The position numbers and the translations under genes are program-made. A stretch of 63,982 nucleotides of DNA, counting the filler, from Octopus bimaculoides (taxonomy: Eukaryota), in assembly GCF_001194135.2 (NCBI RefSeq). It is 10 parts of 9 records of this genome, joined end to end, with 100 filler letters (N's around TTAATTAATTAA, not from the genome) between each part and the next. Parts side by side here need not be neighbours in the genome. Positions count along the whole stretch, not along the records: positions 35,734 to 40,143 come from NW_026390019.1; positions 40,244 to 43,608 come from NC_068994.1; positions 43,709 to 48,251 come from NC_068986.1; positions 48,352 to 59,993 come from NC_068994.1; 6 more parts are not named here. One strand, written 5' to 3'. Of the stretch, positions 39,452 to 51,365 are shown piece after piece. Below the pieces are notes generated by a model, which worked only from the letters and a program-made list of their open reading frames with translations, made no database searches and was not told the origin of the DNA. Position 1 is the first letter of the stretch. Each line of letters opens with the position of its first letter.

Positions 39452-39762
39452 ATGTACATACTTACATCTACATGTGTATATACATGCATATCAGGGTACA
39501 GGACGTTAGAACAATAAACTACAGACAACGGAACGAACATATAGGAAAACGGAAAGCCACTTGGAATATCCCTTCATCAGCTGTCTCTATTCTATCTAGA
39601 CGTTTCGATATATATATATATATATATATACATATATATATTTATATATAAAGTCTGTTTTTTGTGCTTTGTTTATGTTCCCGTTCCTTTTTTGTCCACG
39701 TTTTTTGACGTCCTGTACCTGGATATGCATCTATATATACATCTAGATGTAGGTATGTTCAT
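39452..39762. repeat. Imperfect inverted repeat (55-bp outer arms) around a (TA)n core
   Basis: 39452-39506 vs the reverse complement of 39708-39762: about 48/55 identical by manual count. Confidence 0.75.
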
Positions 39763-40005
39763 ATATGTATGTATACGTGAATATGCTCATATATCATTTG
39801 TATATATATATATATATATATATGGGGAGTGGGGTAAACACGGTCAGCTTAACGCACCAGTATATTTCTTCAATTACATCTCCGGTGTTGCTGCTAAAGT
39901 CTGCTCATCCGGCGCAAACTGCATCCTAAGCACATGTCCCTACGTTGTTGGTGCTGTTATACTTACTGTACTAACTGTTGCTACACGCGTTGTTATTGTT
40001 GTTCA

Positions 40006-40040
40006 TGTTGTTGTTCTACTCCTTTTTCTTCTTCTTCTTC
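40006..40040. repeat. (CTT)n microsatellite
   Basis: Seen directly. Confidence 0.95.
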
Positions 40041-40143
40041 TTCTTCTTCTTCTTCTTCTTTTTCTTGCTGCCATTTCTTGATAAATGGCAGGCATTCCAA
40101 AGGAGAGAATTGCTTTGTCTTCGAGTGCTTTTAAGAAATGTGG

Positions 40144-40243
40144 NNNNNNNNNNNNNNNNNNNNNNNNNNNNNNNNNNNNNNNNNNNNTTAATTAATTAAN
40201 NNNNNNNNNNNNNNNNNNNNNNNNNNNNNNNNNNNNNNNNNNN
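40144..40243. other. Artificial scaffold-joining linker
   Basis: N44-TTAATTAATTAA(40188-40199)-N44. Confidence 0.97.
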
Positions 40244-40245
40244 TT

Positions 40246-41750
40246 AAAGATCACAATAGTAATTTTTGTACTGATCCTTCCTTAAGACTCATTTTCCCGA
40301 CTAAGTCGGATATAGGGATACTTAGTAAGAATATATTAGATAAATATATCCCTACAATAGTAAGGAAATTAAAACTTTATTTATGGTCTAATTCTACACA
40401 AGTCGTAGAATGGTTCAAATTGATTAACGATAAGGAAAATGTGAAATTTATTCAATTTGATATTGCAAATTTTTATTCATCGATTAATCCTATCATGCTT
40501 AACAAAGCATTGTGGTTTGTACCTAATAAGGCGGGACTTACAAGGGATGAGATCAATGTGATATTAGCAGCTAGAAAATCATTTATTAAGTTCAATAATA
40601 AAATTTGGATTCGCAAAGATACTCCGGACGCCTTTGATGTCCCTATGGAGAGCTCTGATTCTGCACAGATAGCTGACATTGTATGTTCCTTCATCCTTAA
40701 TGAAATGGAAGATCAATTCCCAAACATTAGGGGTGGGGGTCTATATAGAGATGATTGTCTCTTATATCTTAGGAATAGCTCTAGCCAACAAGTACAAAAG
40801 GTTAAGAATAGATTAGCCATGTTTTTTCGCAGAATGGGAATGCGTATAATTTTTGAGGATGATATATCATTAGCTAATTTTTTAGACGTAACATTGGACC
40901 TACATAATAAAACATATAAACCTTACCATAAGCCTTCTAGTAACCTGAAGTACATCAGTAAGTTTAGTAATTACCCTAGATCAATAACAGATAATTTGGG
41001 AAAGAATATATCGCTAAGATTATCAAACCTATCGGCAAACGCCAATGTTTTCGAAAATGAGGCAAAGTTCTATAACTCTGCCTTATCTAGAGCGGGTTAT
41101 AAAGATAAGGTATATTATATTAAACCAGACTCTAATTCCCCCCAAGGCAGGGGAAAATATTAACAATATTAATAATAATAATATTAACATCGTAAGAATA
41201 GAGGTAAACCACAATACCCTAGATATAGGAATAGTAGTAATATTTATAATACTAAAAATGAGGATAATATATGGTTCGCTATTCCATTTGGTAAACAAAT
41301 CAAGTCTAACTTAGTTACCCTGTTCAGGAATGTGGTTAGTAGAAATTTTCTCCAAAATTCGCATTACTATAACTGCCTAGCAAAAAACGTAGTATAATAC
41401 TCTTGCGAAATAATTACGGAAACGAACACCCTCACCTACCTTGGATGCTCTTCCTCCTGGAAATCTAGGTTCTATAACCACAGGTCATCATTTAGACTCA
41501 GACATAAGGCTAATAGCACCTCATTATCTCGTAAAATTTGGGAACTTAAAGACGAAAACATTAACTTTAACCTTAGATGGTCCATAGCTGGATCGGCCGC
41601 AACGTATAGAGATAATAGAACTGGTTACCAGTTATGTTCCTTAGAACTATTGAAAATCATTAGATTCCCTGATAAGAACAAGCTAATTAATAAGAGATCA
41701 GATTTCAAAGCATCTTGTATACATAAAATGATTAAAACCTTTAGATAGTA
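40246..41750 (+). mobile_element. Penelope-like element: RT plus GIY-YIG endonuclease (YRDD type, Naiad-like), defective
   Basis: Frame open from the scaffold edge to 41163: KDHNSNF...RLIFPTKSDIG, FIQFDIANFYSSI, DVPMESSDSAQIAD, GGLYRDDCL, NFLDVTLDL. Then NIWFAIPF and CLAKNVV*YSCEI...TYLG...RFYNHRSSF...IWELKD...LCSLE...LINKRSD...CIHK (about 41370-41750). Confidence 0.92.
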
Positions 41751-42253
41751 TAATCCCTAAGTCCCCTCTTTTAAGTTATAATCACTTCTAAACCTTCTCT
41801 CATTGGTAACTCCCACGTCAGATCCTTCCTGCCACCATTCAGACATTGAATTAACGAAGCCCGTACTCTACCCCCAACTTAACTATTTACCTTAATTATT
41901 CAGTTTACCCTCGCATAGCTAGATTCTGACCCCATAATATACACACATATCTAATAACCCGGGATCCATAATCCCACCTTTACAGGAAAATTTCTAAACT
42001 TTTCAGTCACTGACTCGAAGATTTCGAATAACACTACAATACACAAAGGTAACATTAAATAACACTCATCACTGCAATGTTTTTATAATAATATTATACT
42101 AGTATTAATTAGGATATGCAAATCCAGACTCCTTTATATTCATACACCAATACCCAATGATTAAAACACGATTATAGTAGTAGTTTCACTATGCTATATA
42201 ACTTCCCCAATCACAATATTTTTCTAATCAATGTACCTTTTCAAACCACTATG

Positions 42254-42256
<3 letters not shown>

Positions 42257-42314
<58 letters not shown>

Positions 42315-42315
42315 G
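42257..42315. repeat. (TAT)n microsatellite
   Basis: Seen directly; explains the poly-Y ORF. Confidence 0.95.
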
Positions 42316-43023
42316 TTACTGGTGTTGTTATTTGTTATTACTATTACATTATGTAATACAATATTACTATTATATTACTACGGTTGAAGTGTTCCCAATA
42401 CTCTGTATTTTGAATTTTTAACTTCCAACCCTAGTTGTCCCCTTTATATTTTCTATATTTTTCTAATCTTTTTTTACATTTTCTAATTATTCATTGTTTT
42501 GGTTTTTAATATGTTCTAATTACCATTTACCACTTCCATCATCTTTTTATCCTCTAGATAAGTGTATGTACCAACATAATAGATAAGTTCGCATACTTAA
42601 GTTGTAGTGATGTACTTTGGCTAAACTGACCACTCACCAAAAGGATATCATATTTCTAGTTTACTCTAACTTGACATTATTTATGATCCCCCTCTAGTCT
42701 TGACCAAGACAGCATCATGTATGTCTGTCATTTACGAACTCATCCCTTTACATCTCTTTATCTCTTTATCTATCTTACGTGAAATGATTGTAAACTTTGT
42801 TAAATGCTTGGAAACTGTTGTTAAATGTTATTGAATGTTTTGTTTTGTTTTGAAAAAAAGTTAGTTTGACTACGCAACGTGTGGTCTGTGTCATTTCTTC
42901 TTTTTCTTGTCATCGTTACGTGCTCCGCCGGAGCTTAGTGGCCAGCGGACATCCTGATTCACTGAGCGTTCGTCGTCACGCGTGCGAGTTTTCTCTTCGC
43001 AGAGGTCTCGCGCGGGCGTTCGT

Positions 43024-43054
<31 letters not shown>

Positions 43055-43608
43055 CTAGCAGTATAACCCGACCTTGTCTGGGCGTGACTTATTATGCCAT
43101 CTACGATAAGTCTTGCTAGCTGAAAATCAACTAAAAAGGAAAGCCTTACAACGAAAAAACCCTTATGATGTAAATATGTTCATAATTCAAAAGACGATGA
43201 AATTAATAGGGAAAGTCTGAAGGCTGTTTTGCGTAAAATTATTAAGCATACGTAAATTTCATCCGTGTAATTGGCTATAGAAATGCTTGTGCAAAACAAT
43301 TTTTTGCGCTTCTCTGATTATACATAGCAGGGTAATCCCTTTTCACAGGAGCTAGGATGGCAATTTGTGATGAAGCAATTGCTGGCGATCTGTTGCTAAA
43401 CAGTTTTGCCAGAATTCTATCAGATTGGACAGAAGGTGTTGATGCACCATTTTGCATTATGTTCAAAGTAACTACTGGAATGTGGTGAATTGCTGCAGTC
43501 TGTGGCTGTCATTTTAAACTGGTTGATGTCTTTCCCCAGCAAACTCTCTTCTTTGGAGGCATAATCTATGTATATATTAAACAGAAAAACAAAAGTTATA
43601 ATAGATGG
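43055..43608 (-). mobile_element. Helitron 3' end with a captured or degenerate RepHel helicase fragment
   Basis: The minus strand ends with hairpin GCCCAGACAAGGTCGGGT, then TATACTG-CTAG|T. Upstream translation SLLGKDINQFKMT and LAKLFSN...IAILAPVKRD resembles Helitron Pif1 helicase (AILAP.N). Confidence 0.75.
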
Positions 43609-43708
43609 NNNNNNNNNNNNNNNNNNNNNNNNNNNNNNNNNNNNNNNNNNNNTTAATTAATTAANNNNNNNNNNNNNNNNNNNNNNNNNNNNNNNNNNNN
43701 NNNNNNNN
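43609..43708. other. Artificial scaffold-joining linker
   Basis: N44-TTAATTAATTAA(43653-43664)-N44. Confidence 0.97.
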
Positions 43709-45053
43709 ATATATACGTATGTATGTTTAAGCACGTATATGTATGTATATTTGTAATTGCTGATTTATGACTACAGTATGATTTGTAAAACGAATTCTGT
43801 ATCTATGTATGTATATATGTATTTTTGTACGTATGCATGTGTGTATGTATACATGTGTGTGTATATCTGTGCGTGTGTTCATACACGTATTTCTCTGTCA
43901 TATATCTCTTTCTCTCCACTCCCCAACTCCAGCATACTGATTCCAATGTATTTTATGATGACAATGCATAAACATATATGACAACGTGGACAACAGCAGC
44001 TGCAGCAACAGCAACAACAACAACAACAACAACAGACAACCACAACAACATCAACAACAACCTTTATTTGCTAGTTTGTGAACAGTGATAGCAACAGTAT
44101 AACAATGATAGCAACAGAATGAGTGGCTTTAAAAAATCCGTGCGATGGAGATAGCGACGATGATTGCGGTGAGGGTTGGAAGTGTTTAGGTATATAGAAG
44201 CATTTCAAGCCAAGTTGTCATATCTATCACTGCTTCTAGCATAGGTGGTAATATTGGTAGTAGTGTTGGTGGTGGCGGTGGTGGTGGAAGTTCATCAGTA
44301 GCAGCTCTGTTAGTGGCGGTAAAATAGAGGAAACGACTGTAACAGCTCACTGCTAGACGTGTCGGCTGACATATGATAAACTCAGCAATAAATCAGTGAT
44401 AACTTGAAGACACTAATTGGTTGTAAACCTCCGTGTGTATCTGTGTGTGTTTGTGTATGTGAGTGCGTATGTGTGTGTGTGTGTGTATGTGCACGCGCAT
44501 TTGTATGTGTATACGCGTGAGTGTGGTTTGTGGAGCGGTCTGTGGTGAGAGTTCATAAGCTTCTTCATGTGATAGCATAAATGTTATGGGATTGTGAAAG
44601 TCAATATCGATACAGCTATCTATATGTATATAAATGCATACATATAGACACACAATCAAATGTGCGAATATATATGTATGAATGTAAGTATACATGTATA
44701 CATACATACATACATACATATATACATATGTCTGTATGAGTGTATGCATGTTTGTGTACAACTATACCCACGTGTGTGAGGGCATTCATGTATGTATATA
44801 TGTATACATTTACATACATACATGTGTGTGTATGTTGTATGGTTGGCTGCATATATCTCTCAATATATATATATATATANNNNNNNNNNNNNNNNNNNNN
44901 NNNNNNNNNNNNNNNNNNNNNNNNNNNNNNNNNNNNNNNNNNNNNNNNNNNNNNNNNNNNNNNNNNNNNNNNNNNNNNNNNNNNNNNNNNNNNNNNNNNN
45001 NNNNNNNNNNNNNNNNNNNNNNNNNNNNNNNNNNNNNNNNNNNNNNNNNNNNN

Positions 45054-45102
<49 letters not shown>

Positions 45103-45494
45103 ACTATCTATCTATCTATCTATCTGTCTGTCTGTCTGTCTGTCTGCCTGTCTGTCTGTCTGTCTGTCGACTGACGTGTTGTCGCATCGGCTCCAAAAGT
45201 AATCCTTTTTTTGACCATTTATAGCCCACATTTTGTTAACATTTTTGTCCATAAGGTGTGTGAAGCACCCAACTTTCGTTTGAGTGTGTTTCCAAGACAG
45301 GAATTGGCCCCTAGGGGCAGTTTCAACCCTAATTAAATTCATATATTTAATTCTCGACTTCGAAAAATGTTGAGAAATGTTATTGTAGAACGCTGGTCAA
45401 ATTCTTTCACGAACCAGCATTTCCCTAGCCTTGAAACGCTAGGAGAAAAAAGAACCAATTCTACACGCGCACACACACGACAACAACTACAGTA

Positions 45495-47297
45495 ATGAAA
45501 AATACAACTGAACCAAAGACAAATATTACAGACTTAAAAGTGAATGCTGTCAACTTCATGGATACTGCAACCACGACCGTTAACAGCCCTGTCACCACCA
45601 CCACCACCACCACCAAGACTACGACTGCTACCACCACCACCAACACCAGCAACAACAGCGATACCGTCGTAAAGCCGTCAACCTATACGAAAGAAAAAAA
45701 CCATCACTATCACTAAAACTTAACCTATTGCAAAAACAGACACCCTTGCCACCAACACTACCACCAAAACAAATCCAATTTCGCAGAAACATTGAAGTAA
45801 AAAAAAGACCGTTCTACATTTCCCACCAGAACAAATAAAACAAACAAAAGCCCTCTTAACTCAAGAGGGCTCAAATCTAAACCTAAACATTTCTCAAAAC
45901 ATCATAGAGACCACACAAAAGAGAACAATAGTGTACAAAATTATAAACGAAAAACACGCAGACCAGAATAAGCACCCCAAGAACTCATAGAAAAATGTTT
46001 GCGCTCGATATGGGCTTTTAAGAACTATGTAAACTGGTGGAACAAATATGCCACAATACAGGTTCGCTTCGACAGCGAAGAAAAAGCAAAAGAGCTGTCG
46101 ACACTCACCCTACAGTCGGAGAAACTGATTTTAATTCCGACCTACCTTGGTCAACGTGTGACCAAAGTTTCGATCAAGAATGTCCCTCCTGAGGTAGAGT
46201 CACAATGGCTTTTATCCGCCATTTGCTACCACATGGAGGAGAACATCAACATCCTCGAGTTTGCTACTTTGCAGCAACAGAACTGGTCGGGAAAAACGAT
46301 TCAGTTATTGTTGCAAATTAATCAAGACCAAATTAATAGCATCCCACACCAAATTGAGCTGCCAGACGGCCATAATCTCTACGTAGTCGTAGAAGGTTGG
46401 AGGCCTCGCTGTTACTTGTGTGGCAGCGAAGAGCACCTCAGAACTGACTGTCCAACAACAAAAGAGCAAAAATCAACAAAAACAAGAGCAAGAGCAACAA
46501 CCACAACAAGGAAAAAGTACAAGAAAAAAGAACCCTTACTACCCACACCACCATCAACACAGAGAACAACCAAAGGGAATAAAAAAAAAACACACACACC
46601 AACCAAAACCGCCAACACCAACAAATGAATATACAACAGCATCTGAAAAAACATCAACTACAACAGCAAGAACTAAAGAAACAGTAAAACCAAAAGACAA
46701 TACAAAACTGATTCCCTTTCCCCCACATCACATACACCACAACCAGAGAGTCAACAACCAACAACAACGAAAACAAGAACACAAACAAACACAGATGCAT
46801 ACGACATGCCCCTACCCTCTTCCGATTCCTCAGAAATTTCGTCGGAAGACGAAAGCAATGAGGAATGGCAAATAGCCAGAAAAGGAAGGAGGAAAAGGAG
46901 CAAAAAACGAAGCAAATCCAATGCAAACGCGAACAAAGCAGGGAGATATACATCTCCCGAAGACATTTCGAAGCCTACCACAAACAACATCAACACCACA
47001 AAAATACATACAGGAAATATGTTCACAGCAATAGACACTACAAACATAGATTTGATGAAACACATCAACGCAAAAACAAACATTACAGAAAACGACATTA
47101 AAACGAGCAACCGCCCATACAAAACACCACCAGAACACATCAAAATTTACCACATTTCACCAACATTGCACCACACACTAAAATCCCTCTACCCCAATGC
47201 GGCAGGGGAATGTCAAAAATATTTATGTAAAAAACTGTATAGTAGCCTCCTTGGTGAAAAATCAAAGGAGGAAACTAAACTTTCGAACGGTAAGTAA
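45495..47297 (+). pseudogene. Tx1/L1-clade LINE ORF1 (frameshifted) with CCHC zinc knuckle
   Basis: ORF 45999-46628 contains LYVVVEGWRPRCYLCGSEEHLRTDCP. It is flanked by a Thr-rich N-terminal piece (45495-45716) and a Lys/Thr/Ser-rich C-terminal piece (to 47297). Confidence 0.85.
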
Positions 47298-47339
47298 CTT
47301 TCTGTTCCTTTCGTTTGTGTTTTAAAGCACACAACTCAA

Positions 47340-48251
47340 TAGAACCCTGGTCAAGATTGGTTGTGTGAATGCGCGTGGCTTGGGGTCCCCTTGGAAACAA
47401 GGGTACCTCTTAAATGATATAAAGTCACATGATTTGAGAATCATAGCCATAAGTGAGACTCCATGAGCCCCAAAGTCCATGTTTGGCGGACAGGTTAACA
47501 TTTATTTTTCTCCGTCTGCCGAGGATGGGTGGTAGTGGCACGGTGGTAATTTTTCGCAAGAGTATGAATCTCGAAGTAAAGACGATATTCATAGACCCGG
47601 CGGGTAGACTGGTTGTTCCTGAATGTCGACGGCAGCGATGGGTGCGCTTTTCGATACCTAGCAGTCTATGTACCACCTTTAACTGGTCGGCCGGATTTCT
47701 TTCGACGTCTAGAAGTATTCCTGGGAACGTCTCGTCCTTTACTTTTAGTGGGGGATTGGAATGCTACCTTGGACACGCATATAGACTACGTGAGGAGAGA
47801 CAGTAATAGAAGGAGATGCAAATGCCCCAGAGACCAGCTCAGACGTTTTCAACTGTCTGACAGGTACCGACTCGACCTCCCAAATGTGCCAACGTGGACA
47901 TGGAGCAACCGCATTGGGTCGTCGAGATCGTATCTAGGTAGGATACTATGTAGGACAGTAGATAGGGATATCTTAGGATGTCCACAATTCCACACAGTCA
48001 GCCAAACGGATCACAAACTCGTGACGTGTACGCTAGACTTTCCCGTCGAGACAGGTTTTCAGAGACCGAATTAGCACGTTAGTAAAGAGGGCTTTGACGG
48101 GAGCCATCATCAACAACAAATGGTGGTTTGCCCTCAAGAAAGCAGTAAAAGCGGAAGCAGTTAGATATAGCAAGGCACTAGCCGTAGATAGAAACAGAGT
48201 AGAGGGTGAGCTAATGAAGAAGTTAGAAGAGGCAATAAGAAGCGGCATCAC
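47340..48251 (+). pseudogene. Tx1/L1-clade LINE ORF2 N-terminus (APE endonuclease), cut by the scaffold end
   Basis: KIGCVNARGL, AISET, DPAGRLVV, YLAVYVP, LVGDWNATLD, TWTWSN...SRSYLGR, TDHKLV, then WWFALKKAVKAEAVRYSKALA. Contains frameshifts and an apparent deletion near 48050-48070. Confidence 0.9.
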
Positions 48252-48351
48252 NNNNNNNNNNNNNNNNNNNNNNNNNNNNNNNNNNNNNNNNNNNNTTAAT
48301 TAATTAANNNNNNNNNNNNNNNNNNNNNNNNNNNNNNNNNNNNNNNNNNNN
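48252..48351. other. Artificial scaffold-joining linker
   Basis: N44-TTAATTAATTAA(48296-48307)-N44. Confidence 0.97.
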
Positions 48352-48572
48352 TAAAAGACACCATTTCGAGCGTGGCCGTTTTCGTGCGGGTGACACGTAA
48401 AAGCACCCACTACACTCTCTGAGTGGTTGGCGTAAGGAAGGGCATCCAGCTGTAGAAACTCTGCCAAATCAGACTGGAGCCTGGTGTTGCCATCCGGTTT
48501 CACCAGTCCTCAGTCAAATCGTCCAACCCATGCTAGCATGGAAAGCGGACGTTAAACGATGATGATGATGAT
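48352..48572 (+). mobile_element. RTE LINE 3' UTR with (ATG)n tail
   Basis: GTAAAAGCACCCACTACACTCTCTGAGTGGTTGGCGTAAGGAAGGGCATCCAGC...CAACCCATGCTAGCATGGAAAGCGGACGTTAAACG(ATG)n. Confidence 0.85.
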
Positions 48573-49337
48573 ATATGAAAAATATTTCAATACAAATGTG
48601 TTAATTTCCAGCAAAATAAAGCCTCATAAGGGTATATATATTAATTCAGAGGAGTGGTCCAACAAGGCATCAACTGGAAAATAGTAATTGATACAATTAC
48701 GACGCTATTGTAAGACAAATTTTTCATATTTGTTGCATACACACATTTTTGCCAGTATATACAATAGCGTCGTAATTGTATCGATTGCTATTTTCCAGTA
48801 AATATTGGTGCTTGTTGTACCTAAATAGTGGGGTTGTGTTAACCGCACATGGAGAAATAATAGGAAAATGAAAAACAATAATAAGGCAGAATGCTAAACT
48901 GAAAGCATATTTTAATATAGATGTGTAAAAAGGATTTCTAACCAGCTTTCATTGCATGGCAAATTTTCAAGAAGAGGGAGAATGAAAATGTTTTGTGCAA
49001 AAAAGTAAAAAATAATATATATATATATATATACATACATACATGCATTCACAGTGAAAATAATTTATATATACATAGTAAAAGTATTAATAATGAAACT
49101 ATTAAAACTGAAAGTATGATCTCACATTACAATAGAGATGTTATTGTTTCACTTTTCACATGTAATACTGAAATAGTGTAAGAGATAAGAGGTTGCTTTG
49201 GGATCATATTAGGTAAGAAGTTGAAAATTTTATTGGCCCATGACACTGCATGGACCCTAATTAAGGCATTAATAAAATTTGAATGAAATCAGTTAAACAT
49301 TTTCAGTTTTATATATATATAGATACAACAGACTTCT

Positions 49338-49467
49338 TTCAGTTTCTGCCTACCAAATACACTCACAAGGCTTTGGTCAGCCCAAGGCTATAGTTAAAGA
49401 CGCTTGCCCCAGGTGCTATGCAGTGGGACAGCCTGGAACTTGCTTCTTCCCACACAGCCATGCTGTG

Positions 49468-49470
<3 letters not shown>
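49338..49470 (-). mobile_element. SINE family A 5' fragment
   Basis: CTTTCAGTTTCTGCCTACCAAATACACTCACAAGGCTTTGG...CCCACACAGCCA, reverse complement of the family A head. Confidence 0.75.
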
Positions 49471-49505
<35 letters not shown>

Positions 49506-49594
49506 TTCATAAAAACAATAACAAAAAAACAACAAAGTGGGGACGTGATACGGATAGCGTTATTGGACGCTCAGGAAAGGAAAGAGAGAGTGCA

Positions 49595-49623
49595 TGACGT
49601 TTGGGGCGTAGCCCTTTGTCGGA
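49595..49623 (-). ncRNA. Degenerate minimal type I hammerhead-like motif (probable Penelope pLTR relic)
   Basis: Minus strand CCGACAA-A-GGGC-TAC-GCCC-CAAA-CGT-C. Stem II is perfect and stem III is palindromic ACGT. The core differs from CUGANGA/GAAA at U4, G8 and G12, so it is probably inactive. Confidence 0.4.
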
Positions 49624-50618
49624 AAGATAGAAAATATATAAATAATTTTAATCCAGTGGAAATTCTAGCAGTCTGCATAATAATCGAATATCCAAACCAA
49701 AACATTTTTCCTCTGCTTTATTGTTTTGGCCATATTGATATATTTCATTAGCATATCGTTTATTTTTTTACAATTAGTCTAAGAAAACCCAGCAATACAC
49801 ATGCATGATCCTTGAAAATTAGTGAGGTCAGTAGATTTGAACTTGCTTTGACAAAAATAGGGGTAAAGAGAAGATTCTTAGCGTGTTTTTTAATGTTTTT
49901 TTTTAATATTTTTTTTTATCCATGTTTACTAGATTTAACATCCACTACCTGACTTGTGATCTTTGAATTGAAGATGAAAAAATAGGATGCATCTATTTAA
50001 TGTTTGAATAAAAGATGATTGCCTTTGATCATAAGTTAGCTTAGAATTGACCTTGGGTTAAATAACAATTGCTACTCTCTATATACACATGCATGTATTT
50101 CAGGAAGCTACTACAGTATATAGCCTCAGGCCACATTCGCCAATCATATTGGTCAATATGTTAATACATCCAGTCCATGAATCTAGTCATGGACTGCATA
50201 TGGGTGCAGGTTGTGTGGTTAAGAAGTTTGCTTCTGGATCCTAGTTGGCAAATACTTTCTGAAATTTGGTAGATGGAGCAGAAGCCTATGATATGCTTGT
50301 ATTCTACTTAAATTGCAGTAAATCAGTAATTGAGATGTTGGAAACTTATAACCACCGAGGCTAATACTCACAAAATGCATGATATAAAAAATGAAATACC
50401 TTCCAACATATAGTCATGCTACCATTTTGTCATGCATAAGATACTATAGATGTTATACAAGAGTATCTGTGTACAAATGTAGAACACTAACTAGGATATA
50501 ATTTAAAATAACCTTGTCTCATATAGCTCTTAAATTCCTCCTTTGTACAATAATCTTTATTATGTAGCTTCATTAACATTGCCTCTAAATATTTTTCTGT
50601 TCATCTTTCTTCTTTCAG

Positions 50619-50751
50619 TGAGGCCATACCAATGGAGGATATATCCAGGATTCCACAACCTAATGGAATTAAAGTTTTCATTCAGCGAGACTATACAGAT
50701 GGTACCCCAGTCAGATTCCAGACAAAATTTCCTGCTGAATTGGAAGGAAGG
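50619..50751 (+). CDS. GOLGA7: Golgin A7 / GCP16 (DHHC9 palmitoyltransferase cofactor), first visible coding exon; probable ATG at 50632
   Basis: Acceptor TTTCTTCTTTCAG|, donor AGG|GTTAGT. Translation [40 protein letters not shown] vs human [27 protein letters not shown] (from memory). Confidence 0.93.
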
Positions 50752-51039
50752 GTTAGTTACACTAAGTGTGAAACAATTAGTAATTTTGTATTCTTTGTTA
50801 ATTTACTTTAATTAGGTTTTCTTCTACTGAGTGTATATTTTATAACTTGAAAAAAAATCTTTTGAATAAACTTTTTCAGAACATCTACAATTTGTTATGA
50901 TTGTTTGACCTCCAGTGATGAAAATGAGGAAAAAGTAATTATTTAGCCTTATTTTTAGCAGATAGGGTGGAAGTATACTTATAAGGAGATCAAAGCAGAC
51001 TTCCACCCTTCTCTCCTTCAAATTGAATATCAATTGTTG

Positions 51040-51365
51040 AAGTACCTATTTTGCTGAGATACCCAGAATCTTCCACCATCTTCTATAATGCATTATGACC
51101 TCATTCCAGTTGCACAGTGAACTCATAGATTGTGATTGATCTGTTTACATCAATCAATTTATCTACTCACTGGCTATTCATGTCAGTGGTTACAGTTGGT
51201 CTCTGACTTCAATGCTGGTTTACCTTCTTTAAACTTCATCCATCTATGCTCATTCCTCTTGTCAACAGTGTCATTTCCATAAGAGCTGTAGCCTTCTGTG
51301 GATGTTAAACAGCCTTCACCCATTCTTAGTAAAGATTTCAATGATGACTCATTGCTTCTGCTTGT
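51040..51365 (-). mobile_element. Mariner transposase N-terminal (HTH) relic inside the GOLGA7 intron
   Basis: Q*VIIEIFTKNG*RLFNIHRRLQ / YGNDTVDKRNEHRWMKFKEG / RPTVTTDMNSQ*VDKLIDVNRSITIYE, the typical mariner HTH pattern. Confidence 0.7.

Noticed and set aside
46412-47153. Hydrophobic minus-strand ORFs (46412, 46654, 46751, 46830) resembling membrane proteins
   Set aside because: They are antisense shadows of the A/C-rich Tx1 ORF1.
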